From Acidobacteriota bacterium (GTDB lineage: Bacteria; Acidobacteriota; UBA890; WLXD01), in the NCBI GenBank assembly GCA_029263335.1, contig JAJCXS010000113.1, forward strand, positions 17,071 through 81,070: a stretch of DNA of 64,000 bases. Reading direction: 5' to 3'. Shown here in pieces: positions 49,528 to 58,732 of this stretch. Below the pieces are notes generated by a model, which worked only from the letters and a program-made list of their open reading frames with translations, had not been told where the DNA came from and made no database searches. The translations under genes were made by a program, and so were the position numbers. The first letter of the stretch is position 1; every line of letters begins with the position of its first letter.

Positions 49528-50625
49528 TCATTGTTGTCTGCGATAGAAGGGAGGCTTCACGGTGCGGGCCTCTACGCTCTTGCCCCGCATCTCGATGAAG
49601 ATCTGGATCTCCGCCGAGGCCAGCGCGGTCTCCACGTAGCCCATGCCGATACCCTCCTTGAGGGTTGGAGAAAAGGTGCCGGAGGTCACCTCGCCGACGC
49701 GGTTTCCCTGACCGTCGAGGAGAGTGTAGCCGTGGCGCGGGATCCCCCGGCCAACTGCTTTGAACGCTACGATTCTCTCGGCCGTGCCCTCGGTCTTCTG
49801 GCGTACCAGCGCATCGCGACCGATGAAGTCGCCCTTGTCCGGCTTTACGATCCAGCCGAGCTTGGCCTCGATCGGCGATCGATTCTCGTCCATGTCGTTG
49901 CCATAGAGCATCATGCCGGCTTCCAGCCGCAGCGTGTCGCGGGCGCCGAGGCCCGCCGGAATCACGCCATCGTCATGCCCCGCCTCGAGAATAGCGTCCG
50001 CAAACTCCGTCGCCTGGGCCGGCGCCAGATAGATCTCGAAACCATCCTCGCCGGTGTACCCGGTGCGAGAGATGATCGCCGGTTGGCCTCCGTATTGGTG
50101 GACTACGAACCGGTAGTAACCGATCGTCGCCAGGTCCAGTTCGACAACTCGGGAAAGAACGGCGGCCGCGGCAGGGCCTTGCAGGGCGACCTGCGCCCAG
50201 TCGTCGCTTTCGTTCGCGATCGTAACGTCGCCTTGAAGATGGGACTCGATCCACTGGTAGTCCTTCGCCGTGGTCCCCGCGTTCACCACCAGTAGATACT
50301 CGTCGGCCGCCATGCGGTAAACGAGGAGATCGTCAATGATCCCACCCTCGTCGTTCACCATGGCCGTGTACTGAGCCTGCCCGTCCTCGATGATCGAGGC
50401 ATCGTTGACAGTCAGTCGTTGCACCATGGCCAAGGCGTCATTACCGCGAAGCCGGATCTCGCCCATGTGACTGACATCGAACAGCCCGGCCCGTCCGCGG
50501 ACGGCAACATGTTCGTCCATGAGGCCGCTGTACTGCACCGGCATACGCCAGCCCGCGAAATCGACCATGCGTCCGCCTTGACGGACGTGCCAATTGTGCA
50601 GAGGTGTCTGGCGAATGTCGGACAA
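49528..50625 (-). CDS. gcvT: Glycine cleavage system T protein (aminomethyltransferase)
   Basis: 365 aa ([32 protein letters not shown]…). TTG start preceded by a GGAGAG ribosome-binding site. Confidence 0.93.
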   Translation of the reverse strand: MSDIRQTPLHNWHVRQGGRMVDFAGWRMPVQYSGLMDEHVAVRGRAGLFDVSHMGEIRLRGNDALAMVQRLTVNDASIIEDGQAQYTAMVNDEGGIIDDLLVYRMAADEYLLVVNAGTTAKDYQWIESHLQGDVTIANESDDWAQVALQGPAAAAVLSRVVELDLATIGYYRFVVHQYGGQPAIISRTGYTGEDGFEIYLAPAQATEFADAILEAGHDDGVIPAGLGARDTLRLEAGMMLYGNDMDENRSPIEAKLGWIVKPDKGDFIGRDALVRQKTEGTAERIVAFKAVGRGIPRHGYTLLDGQGNRVGEVTSGTFSPTLKEGIGMGYVETALASAEIQIFIEMRGKSVEARTVKPPFYRRQQ

Positions 50626-50758
50626 GGAGTCTCTCCAGAGGGCTGGAGGCGGCGGACCGCCGCGGCGGCGTAGATCGGGGTCGAACGTACCATAGGCAAC
50701 ATGGGGGCGCTACCTGCCGGATGCGCCCCCGCAGCAACGTCAAAACCGACTCTTTCGA

Positions 50759-51349
50759 TCATTTTCTGCGGGTCCACTCGGGGCGATCTGACGTCCTCGT
50801 CCAGACCGCAATTCGCCCCGTGGGCCCGTGCAACCTCACCCCAGCGCAACTCTGCCAAGCGTCGCACAGATACACCGATCCGCTGCTGGTTGTACCGCCG
50901 GGGTGTATGGCCAGCAGGTCGGCACGGCCGAACGCTACGCCGTCCGCCGGTAGCGTCCCGCCTGCCGGCGGACGGATGCCAACAGGCAGGCCGACGTGGA
51001 CGCCCGGGTAATCGGCCGCCAGGGCATGTGGCCCGGCAACGATTGCGTCGACGCCCCGACGAATGTCGGCGGCGCGGATGCCATCGCCGTCACCATCGCG
51101 GACGATGTCCCAGTCCAGGTCCGGCGGTCGTGCTCGAAACCTCACCCCGAAAGCCTGCCCCGCGGCCGCACTGCGGACCCGCAGCGCCGACACCACGAGT
51201 GCGATCTCATCGGCGGCGCCTTGCACCCGCTGGTACTGCCGCCAACGCACCCACTGCGGGGCCACGGCCTGCAACAGCGCAGCCATGACCCCGAGCAGGA
51301 TGAGTACTTCCAGCAGCGAGCTACCGGCCGCGGACCGCGGTGTCTTCAT
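50759..51349 (-). CDS. Prepilin-type N-terminal cleavage/methylation domain protein, FimT/GspH-like minor pseudopilin
   Basis: An internal Met was chosen. MKTPRSAAG|SSLLEVLILLGVMAALLQAV is a class III signal with an invariant Glu at +5 after the predicted cleavage Gly, followed by a single hydrophobic helix and a roughly 150-aa globular domain. The start overlaps comEA by about 29 nt in a different frame. Confidence 0.6.
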   Translation of the reverse strand: MKTPRSAAGSSLLEVLILLGVMAALLQAVAPQWVRWRQYQRVQGAADEIALVVSALRVRSAAAGQAFGVRFRARPPDLDWDIVRDGDGDGIRAADIRRGVDAIVAGPHALAADYPGVHVGLPVGIRPPAGGTLPADGVAFGRADLLAIHPGGTTSSGSVYLCDAWQSCAGVRLHGPTGRIAVWTRTSDRPEWTRRK

Positions 51350-51689
51350 GCACCACCACGAAGGGCCGCAGCTTCTCGAGCGTCTTGACCCCGATACCAC
51401 GCACGTTGAGCAGGTCCTCGACGCGCTCGAACGGGCCATGTTCCTTGCGCCACGCAATGATTCGTTGGGCCATGGCAGGACCGATTCCCGGGATCTTTTC
51501 GAGCACCTTTTCGGTCGCCGTGTTCACGTCGACCGGCTCTTGAGACTCCTGCGAGTCCTGCGAACCTTCTGGTGCCGCAACGGTCATCGAGTAGCCCGCG
51601 CCTTGCACCGTGGCGCTGGCCGCGGCTGCATCCACCACGGGCAACACCAAGGCCGATGTCGCCAGAGCCAAGACTAGAATTGAGTGCAT
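51321..51689 (-). CDS. comEA: ComEA-family competence protein (secreted helix-hairpin-helix DNA-binding protein)
   Basis: 122 aa with a signal peptide, then VDVNTATEKVLEKIPGIGPAMAQRIIAWRKEHGPFERVEDLLNVRGIGVKTLEKL, the tandem HhH ComEA signature. Confidence 0.8.
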   Translation of the reverse strand: MHSILVLALATSALVLPVVDAAAASATVQGAGYSMTVAAPEGSQDSQESQEPVDVNTATEKVLEKIPGIGPAMAQRIIAWRKEHGPFERVEDLLNVRGIGVKTLEKLRPFVVVHEDTAVRGR

Positions 51690-51859
51690 GTTCCCCCCTC
51701 ACTGTCGCGGCTCGGCCCGCCGCGTAGGCGACCGGCGAAGTGCCGGTCATCCCACTAGAGACGGTCGCCGGTGGCGCCTTTCGGCACGTTGCAGGGCCCA
51801 TACCCCCGTGCTAGCTTGCCAATCCGCCTCCCGCTCCTCACTTCAGGCACCACTGCGCC

Positions 51860-53311
51860 ATGGCCAAGAACCGAAACGACGACTTCGTCACCGAAATCAC
51901 GCCCAAGTCCACGGACTTTTCCCGCTGGTACACGGACGTCGTGCGCCGGGCCGAGTTGGCTGACTACTCGCCCGTCAAGGGCTGCATGGTCATCCGCCCC
52001 TACGGCTACGCGCTGTGGGAGAACGCTCGCGACCTTCTCGATGCACGGATCAAGGCCACCGGACACACCAACGCGTATTTCCCTCTCTTCATCCCGGAGA
52101 GTCTCCTGAAGAAGGAGGCCGAACATGTCGAGGGGTTCGCGCCCGAGGTGGCGTGGGTAACACACGGCGGCGACAACGAGCTGGAGGAGCGCCTCGCCGT
52201 GCGGCCTACCTCGGAAGCCATCATCTGCAGCATGTACAGCAAGTGGGTGCAGTCGTGGCGCGATCTGCCGATCCTCATTAACCAGTGGGGCAACGTGGTC
52301 CGATGGGAGAAGGTGACCCGCTTCTTCCTCCGCACGACGGAGTTCCTGTGGCAGGAAGGGCACACGGCGCACGCCACCGCCGAAGAGGCCCAGGAAGAGA
52401 CCTTGAAGATGATTGGGGTCTACCGCGACTTCCTGGAGGAGGATCTGGGGATTCCGGTAGTCACCGGGATCAAGACCGAGAAAGAGAAGTTCGCCGGCGC
52501 TGCACGCACCTATGCCGTGGAAGCGTTGATGTCCGACGGGCGCGCGCTGCAGGCGGGAACCTCGCACAACCTCGGCCAGAACTTCGCCAAGGCGTTCGAT
52601 ATCCAGTTCGAGGACCAGAACCAGGAAATTCAGTACGCCTGGAGCACGTCGTGGGGCATGACCACCCGCACCATCGGCGCGCTCGTGATGACCCACGGCG
52701 ACGATAACGGGCTACGTCTGCCGCCCCGAGTTGCGCCGTATCACGTCGTGATCGTGCCGATAAAGGCCGGCAACTACGAGGAGGAGGTGCTCCCTGCCGC
52801 CCGTAGGCTCGAGGACCTCCTGCGCACCGCAGGCCTCCGTGTGCATCTCGATGATCGCGCAGAGTACACGCCCGGCTGGAAGTACAACGAGTGGGAAATG
52901 CGTGGCGTTCCATTGCGCGCAGAGATCGGTCCTCGAGACGTGAAGAACGAACAGACCGTGTTGGTGCGACGCGACACGCGTGACAAGACCTTCGTACCCA
53001 TCGCCCACGTGCCTGGAGCCGCAGCCACCCTGCTCGATGACATCCAAACGAGCATGCTCGCGACGGCCCGCCAGTTCATGGAGTCCAACACCCATCCGGT
53101 GGAGGATTTCGATGCCTTCAGCGAAGTCATGAGCGGCACTCGCGGATTCCTGAAGGCAAATTGGTGCGGAGATCGAGAACTCGAGGTGGAGATCCAGCAG
53201 AAGACATCGGCGACCATCCGCTGCCTGCTGCCGGACGAGGAGCCCACGGGACCGTGTTTCTACAGCGGTAAGCCCGCCAAGCACGTCGCCATCTTCGCCA
53301 AGGCCTACTAG
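51860..53311 (+). CDS. proS: Proline-tRNA ligase, archaeal/eukaryotic-like type
   Basis: 483 aa. The class II core has no large editing insertion and carries a C-terminal zinc-binding-like domain typical of ProS_arch (…WCGDRELEVEIQQKTSATIRCL…). Confidence 0.92.
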   Translation: MAKNRNDDFVTEITPKSTDFSRWYTDVVRRAELADYSPVKGCMVIRPYGYALWENARDLLDARIKATGHTNAYFPLFIPESLLKKEAEHVEGFAPEVAWVTHGGDNELEERLAVRPTSEAIICSMYSKWVQSWRDLPILINQWGNVVRWEKVTRFFLRTTEFLWQEGHTAHATAEEAQEETLKMIGVYRDFLEEDLGIPVVTGIKTEKEKFAGAARTYAVEALMSDGRALQAGTSHNLGQNFAKAFDIQFEDQNQEIQYAWSTSWGMTTRTIGALVMTHGDDNGLRLPPRVAPYHVVIVPIKAGNYEEEVLPAARRLEDLLRTAGLRVHLDDRAEYTPGWKYNEWEMRGVPLRAEIGPRDVKNEQTVLVRRDTRDKTFVPIAHVPGAAATLLDDIQTSMLATARQFMESNTHPVEDFDAFSEVMSGTRGFLKANWCGDRELEVEIQQKTSATIRCLLPDEEPTGPCFYSGKPAKHVAIFAKAY

Positions 53312-53342
53312 CGGCACCCGTAGATCCTGCGGGATAGCTCTA

Positions 53343-53891
53343 CTACAAGCGTCGGGCCACACCCTCGATGCGCGCAGCAATGCCGTTTGGATCGTCCTCG
53401 GCATCGATCTGAAGTGTGGCCCTGGCATAGTCGTCCTGCCGCGCCCGAAACAAGTTCCGGGCGCCCTCGAGATCGCCGAATAGTGGACGCCCTGCACCGT
53501 CACCAACGCGGAGCCGACAGGTCTCGAAACTGGCGCGCAGCCAGACGCTCATTGCGTGTCGAGCGACCAGCTCGCGATTCGGCTCCAGCAACATCGTGCC
53601 GCCGCCCAGCGCCACGACCGTGCGTGGCTTCTGCACCGCCTGCCGCAGGACATGGCTCTCCATGTCACGGAAGCCGGCCTCGCCCTCCGTCGCAAAAATC
53701 GCGCTGATACTCGCTCCCGCATGCCGCGCGATCAGCACGTCCAGGTCGAGGTAATTCCACACCAGTCGACGGGCCAACAGGCGGGCTACGGTGCTCTTGC
53801 CGCACCCCATAAAGCCCAGCAGGTGAATCTGCGCGTGCCCCGAGACGGTCCGCGCAAGCGGCTCGAGCCCTCCTCCCGGCGCGGCCATCAA
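53343..53891 (-). CDS. aroK: Shikimate kinase
   Basis: P-loop LLGFMGCGKSTV plus shikimate-binding motifs. Its start overlaps the aroA stop. Confidence 0.85.
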   Translation of the reverse strand: MMAAPGGGLEPLARTVSGHAQIHLLGFMGCGKSTVARLLARRLVWNYLDLDVLIARHAGASISAIFATEGEAGFRDMESHVLRQAVQKPRTVVALGGGTMLLEPNRELVARHAMSVWLRASFETCRLRVGDGAGRPLFGDLEGARNLFRARQDDYARATLQIDAEDDPNGIAARIEGVARRL

Positions 53892-55186
53892 AGTGCTCCA
53901 CCGAGGGTCATGAACTCCTGGATGAACCCGGGATATGAGATATCGGCTGCCTCGGCTCCGTCGATGTGCACCGTGCCCCTGGCGCAGACCGCCACGGCGG
54001 CACCGGCCAGGGCAATACGATGATCGCCCGCGGCGGCAATCACACCTCCGCCCAATTGCTGTCCTCCGGCCACGGTGAGCCCGTCGGCGGCGGTCTCCAC
54101 CTGCCCCCCGAGGGCGTGCAGGGCGGCCGCCACCGAGGCGATCCTGTCGCTCTCCTTGACTCGAAGCTCGCCTCCGTCATGAACCTCCACGCCTTCCCGC
54201 GTAACGGCGCCCAACAACGCCAGCGCCGGAATCTCGTCGATCAGGCGCGCTGTCAGGTCGCCGCGGATGGCGCCCCCGGACAGCGGTTCGCTCGTCCCAC
54301 GCACGCGCAGCGCAGCCGTGGGTTCCCCATACCACTCAGGTCCGTGGACCACCTCGATATCGGCTCCCCACGACTGCAACAGATCCACAACAGCTGCCCG
54401 CCCCGGATTCATGCCGACATGCTCTAGCGTCACGTCCGAGCCGGGCGACAGGACCGCCGCGACCAGCCAGAACGTGGCCGATGAAATGTCGCCTGGCACC
54501 GCCCCCTCCAGCGGCTCCAGTCGTTCCGGCGGCTGAAGCGTCGCCCCCCCTCGGTGCGCGGCACCGGTCAACTGCGCCCCCATTGCCCGCAAGAGGCGCT
54601 CCGTGTGGTCCCGGCTGGGTCGCTGTTCCCGCAGCGTGGTCTCGCCGGCGGCGTACAGGCCCGCCAGGAGAACGCACGACTTGATCTGCGCCGACGAGAC
54701 CGGTGTGTCGTAAACGAGCCCGCGTAGCTCGCCGCCCTGGACCGATATCGGCGCGTGGCCCGAGGTAGTTTCAATCGCCGCCCCCATCAGCCTCAGCGGC
54801 TTCGCCACGCGTTCCATCGGCCGTGCCCGCAAAGATTCGTCGCCATCCAGCGTCGCGGAGAACGGCTGACCCGCCAGGATGCCGGCCAGGAGCCGCATCG
54901 TCGTGCCGCTGTTGCCACAATCGAGCACGCCGGCGGGGACGCGCAGACCACGGAGGCCCCGACCGTGGACCCGTACTTCGCCCGCCGCCATATCGACGTC
55001 GCAACCGAGCTGCCGCAGACAGCTCGCCGTCGCCGCGACGTCCTCCCCCGTCGGCAGGTTCGCCAGACGCGACTCCCCGTCCGCGAGCGCGGCCAATAGC
55101 AGCGCCCGGTGGGAAATGGATTTATCCCCCGGGGGGCTCGTAGTTCCCTTCGGGCACAACCCAGGGTCGATCGTCCAGCGCATCAC
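53888..55186 (-). CDS. aroA: 3-phosphoshikimate 1-carboxyvinyltransferase (EPSP synthase)
   Basis: 432 aa with GDKSISHRALLLAALA, LDCGNSGTTMRLL and other EPSPS motifs. Confidence 0.9.
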   Translation of the reverse strand: MMRWTIDPGLCPKGTTSPPGDKSISHRALLLAALADGESRLANLPTGEDVAATASCLRQLGCDVDMAAGEVRVHGRGLRGLRVPAGVLDCGNSGTTMRLLAGILAGQPFSATLDGDESLRARPMERVAKPLRLMGAAIETTSGHAPISVQGGELRGLVYDTPVSSAQIKSCVLLAGLYAAGETTLREQRPSRDHTERLLRAMGAQLTGAAHRGGATLQPPERLEPLEGAVPGDISSATFWLVAAVLSPGSDVTLEHVGMNPGRAAVVDLLQSWGADIEVVHGPEWYGEPTAALRVRGTSEPLSGGAIRGDLTARLIDEIPALALLGAVTREGVEVHDGGELRVKESDRIASVAAALHALGGQVETAADGLTVAGGQQLGGGVIAAAGDHRIALAGAAVAVCARGTVHIDGAEAADISYPGFIQEFMTLGGAL

Positions 55187-55207
55187 TTGATCCCGAAGAG
55201 AACGGCG

Positions 55208-55318
55208 TCAGTTCTTGCCGCGCTCTTCCGCTTTCATCGACTTCCACAGCAACACGCCGAAGCCACCCCAGACAAGCCCCAGCACCAGCACCATCATCAC
55301 AATCGTACCGAACTGCAT
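55208..55318 (-). CDS. Small single-pass membrane peptide (36 aa) translationally coupled to the NSS transporter
   Basis: MQFGTIVMMVLVLGLVWGGFGVLLWKSMKAEERGKN has one transmembrane helix and a basic C-terminus. Its ATG overlaps the transporter stop (ATGA). It resembles the small subunits paired with some bacterial NSS transporters. Confidence 0.4.
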   Translation of the reverse strand: MQFGTIVMMVLVLGLVWGGFGVLLWKSMKAEERGKN

Positions 55319-56793
55319 CAGCCCTCCGACTCGCTCAGCGTGGCGGCCGCCATGCGTCCGTTGAATACGCGGAACAGGATGAATGCAACGGCCCACTGGA
55401 ACACGCAGGTGCCCAGGTTGAACACCGCCACGGGATTCCACCAGTGGGGATCACTGATCGTAGCCTGATAGAGCCACCAGGCGATCATGACCAGGAACTC
55501 TGCCGGAATGACCCATTTGAGGAGAATGTCGAACCAGCGCCCCACGCGGATGTCGTTGCGGGCCGGCTCGATCAATTCCTCACGGAATCGGCGCACCCCG
55601 AACTTGTTCACGGCGACCGCGAACAGGAAGCCCGACACCATCAGCCCAATGCCCCAGACACTGTCCTGGTTCATCAGGAACTGAATCGACAGGGCCGAGG
55701 GCAAGCCCAGCAGAAAGCCACCGGCGACCACGAACTTCACCGCACTCTGCCGGCTCATCCCGGCGTCCATGAAGATACGGGTCCCAAGTTCGATCATCGC
55801 GATCAGTGACGAGATCGCTGCCACCACCAGCGCTACGAAGAAGAGAATGAGCGACAACTGCCCGAACGGCATTTGCTGGAATAGCGCCGGAATCCACAAG
55901 AAGCTCAGGGCCGTGTTGCCGGGCCCCCCGAGGCGCAGGAGCTCCTCGGCCGCCGGAGCTCCCGGATCGGCCGGCGCCAGGGCGAACACGGAGCAGATGA
56001 CCATGATGCCGGCCAGCAACGAGGCCGAATTGTTCCCAAAGCCGATCGTCATCGAGTTCATGACGATATCGTCACGCTTGCTCGTATAGACCGCATAGCT
56101 CAAGAGAAGTCCGTAGCCGGCTCCCGTCGACCAGGCCGACTGCGTCAGGCCCTCGAGCCAGATGCGGTAATCGAGCAACTGGCTCAGATCGGGATTGAAC
56201 AGGAAGTTCAGGCCGGCGGTGGCGCCCGGCAGCGTCACGGCACGCAGGGTGCCGCCAATCAAGAGCACGAACAGGAGCGGGATGAGGACCTTGCTGGCCT
56301 TCTCGATGCCATCGATGACGCCACGATAGACAATCGCCCCGGCGACGCTCATGGCCACGAAGTGGAAAAGGACCGATTCCCATCCGTTGGCCTGAAATGC
56401 CGTCCAATACTGCTGCCCCGACTGCTCCAGCAGGCCGCCGCCGATGGCTCCCGACAGGTACTTGAAGCACCAGCCGGCGACCACCGAGTAGTAGAACATG
56501 ATGGCCATCGAGCAGAAGCCGACGAAAGCGCCCAGCCATGCGTAGTTGGGGCCCATGAGCCGGCCGAAGGCCCCGATCGTCCCCTTGCGCGCATGTCTCC
56601 CCATGGCGGTCTCGACCATCAGGAGCGGAATCGACCAGAGGAGCAGAAATACGATCCACGGGATCAGAAAGGCCCCGCCGCCGTTCTGCGCCGCCACTCG
56701 TGGAAAGCGCCAGATGTTACCGGTACCGACAGCCATTCCGATCGCGGCCAGCAACAGACCCCACCGCGACGTGAACAGTTCTTTTGTTTGCAT
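55318..56793 (-). CDS. Neurotransmitter:sodium symporter (NSS/SNF) family transporter
   Basis: 491 aa. The N-terminus LLAAIGMAVGTGNIWRFPRVAAQNGGGAFLIPWIVFLLLWSIPLLMVETAMGR matches the LeuT/NSS TM1 signature (GN[FI]xRFP…GGGAF[LM]IPY). There are about 12 transmembrane helices. Confidence 0.88.
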   Translation of the reverse strand: MQTKELFTSRWGLLLAAIGMAVGTGNIWRFPRVAAQNGGGAFLIPWIVFLLLWSIPLLMVETAMGRHARKGTIGAFGRLMGPNYAWLGAFVGFCSMAIMFYYSVVAGWCFKYLSGAIGGGLLEQSGQQYWTAFQANGWESVLFHFVAMSVAGAIVYRGVIDGIEKASKVLIPLLFVLLIGGTLRAVTLPGATAGLNFLFNPDLSQLLDYRIWLEGLTQSAWSTGAGYGLLLSYAVYTSKRDDIVMNSMTIGFGNNSASLLAGIMVICSVFALAPADPGAPAAEELLRLGGPGNTALSFLWIPALFQQMPFGQLSLILFFVALVVAAISSLIAMIELGTRIFMDAGMSRQSAVKFVVAGGFLLGLPSALSIQFLMNQDSVWGIGLMVSGFLFAVAVNKFGVRRFREELIEPARNDIRVGRWFDILLKWVIPAEFLVMIAWWLYQATISDPHWWNPVAVFNLGTCVFQWAVAFILFRVFNGRMAAATLSESEG

Positions 56794-56850
56794 GGGCCGC
56801 GACTTTAGTCGGGCGCGACCGACGGCGTCAAACCGCGGCGACTCTCGTCG

Positions 56851-58206
56851 CTAGCCACGCATGCCGATATTGGGCAGGATCTCGTCCATGAGGTGCGTGT
56901 CGTAATCGCCCGCCACGAACCCTGGATGTTCGAGCACCTTACGAAGCAGCGGGATGTTCGTGCGAATCCCTTCGATGACCATCAGGTCGAGACTTCGCCG
57001 CATTCTCGCCAATGCCTCGTCGCGATCGCGTCCGTGGACGATCACCTTGGCGATCATCGAGTCGTAGAAAGGCGACACGAAGTATTCCTCGTGTGCCGCC
57101 GTATCCACCCGCACGCCGGGCCCTTTCGGGACGTTGAACGCGGTGATCTGACCCGGCGCGGGCGCCAGGGTTTCCGGGTCCTCCGCGTTGATTCGGCACT
57201 CGATGGCATGCCCGCGAAAGGTGACATCCTCCTGGCTATAGCTGAGCGGCGCTCCGCCCGCGACCAGGATCTGCTCCTTGACCAGATCGACCAGCGTGAT
57301 CTCTTCCGTAATCGGGTGCTCCACCTGAATGCGGGTGTTCATCTCCATGAAGTAGTGGTTCCCGTCGCCGTCGACGAGAAACTCCATGGTTCCGGCCGAG
57401 TAATAGTCCAGCTCGGCGGCCCCCTTCACGGCGTCGGCCCAGATGGCCTCGCGCTGCTCCGGGGTCAGCGCAACCGTGGGACTCTCTTCCAGGATCTTCT
57501 GGTACTTGCGTTGCACGCTGCACTCGCGCTCGCCGAGGTGAATCAGGTTGCCGTGCCGGTCCCCCATCAACTGAACCTCGATGTGCCGCGGCCGCGCGAG
57601 GTACTTCTCCATGTACATCTCGCCATTGCCGAACGCCGCGTCGGCTTCGCGCGACGCGGTGTGAAACGCCTTGGAAAGCTCGTCCGGCCGCAGAACCACG
57701 CGCATCCCGCGCCCACCACCGCCGGCAGCAGCCTTCAGCAGCACCGGGTAGCCAATGCTCTGCGCGATAGCCTCGGCCTCGTCCAGATCCGTGATCGGTC
57801 CCGGTGATCCAGGCAACATCGGCAGCCCGCACCCGACCATCAATTTCTTCGCCTCGGCCTTATCTCCCATCCTGCGAATGTGTTCGGGCGACGGTCCGAT
57901 GAAGATCAGACCACAGGCCTCACAGACCTCGGCGAAATGGGCGTTCTCCGACAGGAGGCCGTACCCGGGGTGGATCGCGTCGACCTTCATCGCCTCCGCG
58001 GCCGCGATTACCGAGGCCATGTTCAGGTACGACTCCCCCACAGGGCCCGGCCCGATACAAACGGCCTCGTCGGCAAAGCTCACATGAAGGGAGTCGCGAT
58101 CGGCCTCCGAGTACACGGCAACAGGGCGGATGCCGAGATCACGGCAGGCCCAGATCACGCGCAGGGCGATTTCGCCGCGGTTGGCTACGAGAACAGACTC
58201 GATCAT
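56851..58206 (-). CDS. accC: Acetyl-CoA carboxylase biotin carboxylase subunit
   Basis: 451 aa (MIESVLVANRGEIALRVIWACRDLGIRPVAVYS…) with an ATP-grasp fold. Confidence 0.95.
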   Translation of the reverse strand: MIESVLVANRGEIALRVIWACRDLGIRPVAVYSEADRDSLHVSFADEAVCIGPGPVGESYLNMASVIAAAEAMKVDAIHPGYGLLSENAHFAEVCEACGLIFIGPSPEHIRRMGDKAEAKKLMVGCGLPMLPGSPGPITDLDEAEAIAQSIGYPVLLKAAAGGGGRGMRVVLRPDELSKAFHTASREADAAFGNGEMYMEKYLARPRHIEVQLMGDRHGNLIHLGERECSVQRKYQKILEESPTVALTPEQREAIWADAVKGAAELDYYSAGTMEFLVDGDGNHYFMEMNTRIQVEHPITEEITLVDLVKEQILVAGGAPLSYSQEDVTFRGHAIECRINAEDPETLAPAPGQITAFNVPKGPGVRVDTAAHEEYFVSPFYDSMIAKVIVHGRDRDEALARMRRSLDLMVIEGIRTNIPLLRKVLEHPGFVAGDYDTHLMDEILPNIGMRG

Positions 58207-58228
58207 TGGTCAGGCTGCCTGAGGGAAG

Positions 58229-58717
58229 CTAGCTGGTACGGACCGCGAACAGCTCCTGCCCGTATTCCACGGGCTGGCCGTTCTCCTGCAACACGGCGAT
58301 GATCTCGCCGTCCACGTCCGCCGTAATCTCGTTCATGAGCTTCATCGCCTCGACGATGCAGAGCGTCTGTCCCGCAGTCACCTGATCTCCAACCTGAACG
58401 AACGGATCAGCCGCCGGATCGGCGGCCGTGTAAAACGTTCCCACCATCGGCGAGTTGATCATGTGGGCCCCGGCGTAGGCCGCTTCCACGTCGACCGCGA
58501 TCTCGCCAACGGTGATGGCCATCGGCGCGGCGGGCGCAGACGCCACCGGCGCCGCCATGACGTGTGCCTCGGGCCGGCGGATTCGAACCGTCACCCCGTG
58601 CTGTTCGATCTCGATCTCGGCGAGATTCTTCTCGATCGCCAGATCGGCGAGTTTCTTTATCTGGTCGATGTCCAAACGTTCCTCCTGGGAGCTACGACGC
58701 TGGCCAGAGAATACCAC
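58229..58717 (-). CDS. accB: Acetyl-CoA carboxylase biotin carboxyl carrier protein
   Basis: C-terminal biotinyl domain with EAMKLMNEI (the biotinyl-lysine motif). It lies upstream of accC. Confidence 0.9.
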   Translation of the reverse strand: MVFSGQRRSSQEERLDIDQIKKLADLAIEKNLAEIEIEQHGVTVRIRRPEAHVMAAPVASAPAAPMAITVGEIAVDVEAAYAGAHMINSPMVGTFYTAADPAADPFVQVGDQVTAGQTLCIVEAMKLMNEITADVDGEIIAVLQENGQPVEYGQELFAVRTS

Positions 58718-58732
58718 CGCCGATGAGGCTCT

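Noticed and set aside
50626-50758. Glycine riboswitch upstream of gcvT.
   Set aside because: The conserved aptamer cores (ACCGAAGGGGCAA, CUCAGGCAA) were looked for by eye on the minus strand and not found. Only a generic GC hairpin and a GGAGAG ribosome-binding site are present. This cannot be excluded without a covariance-model scan.
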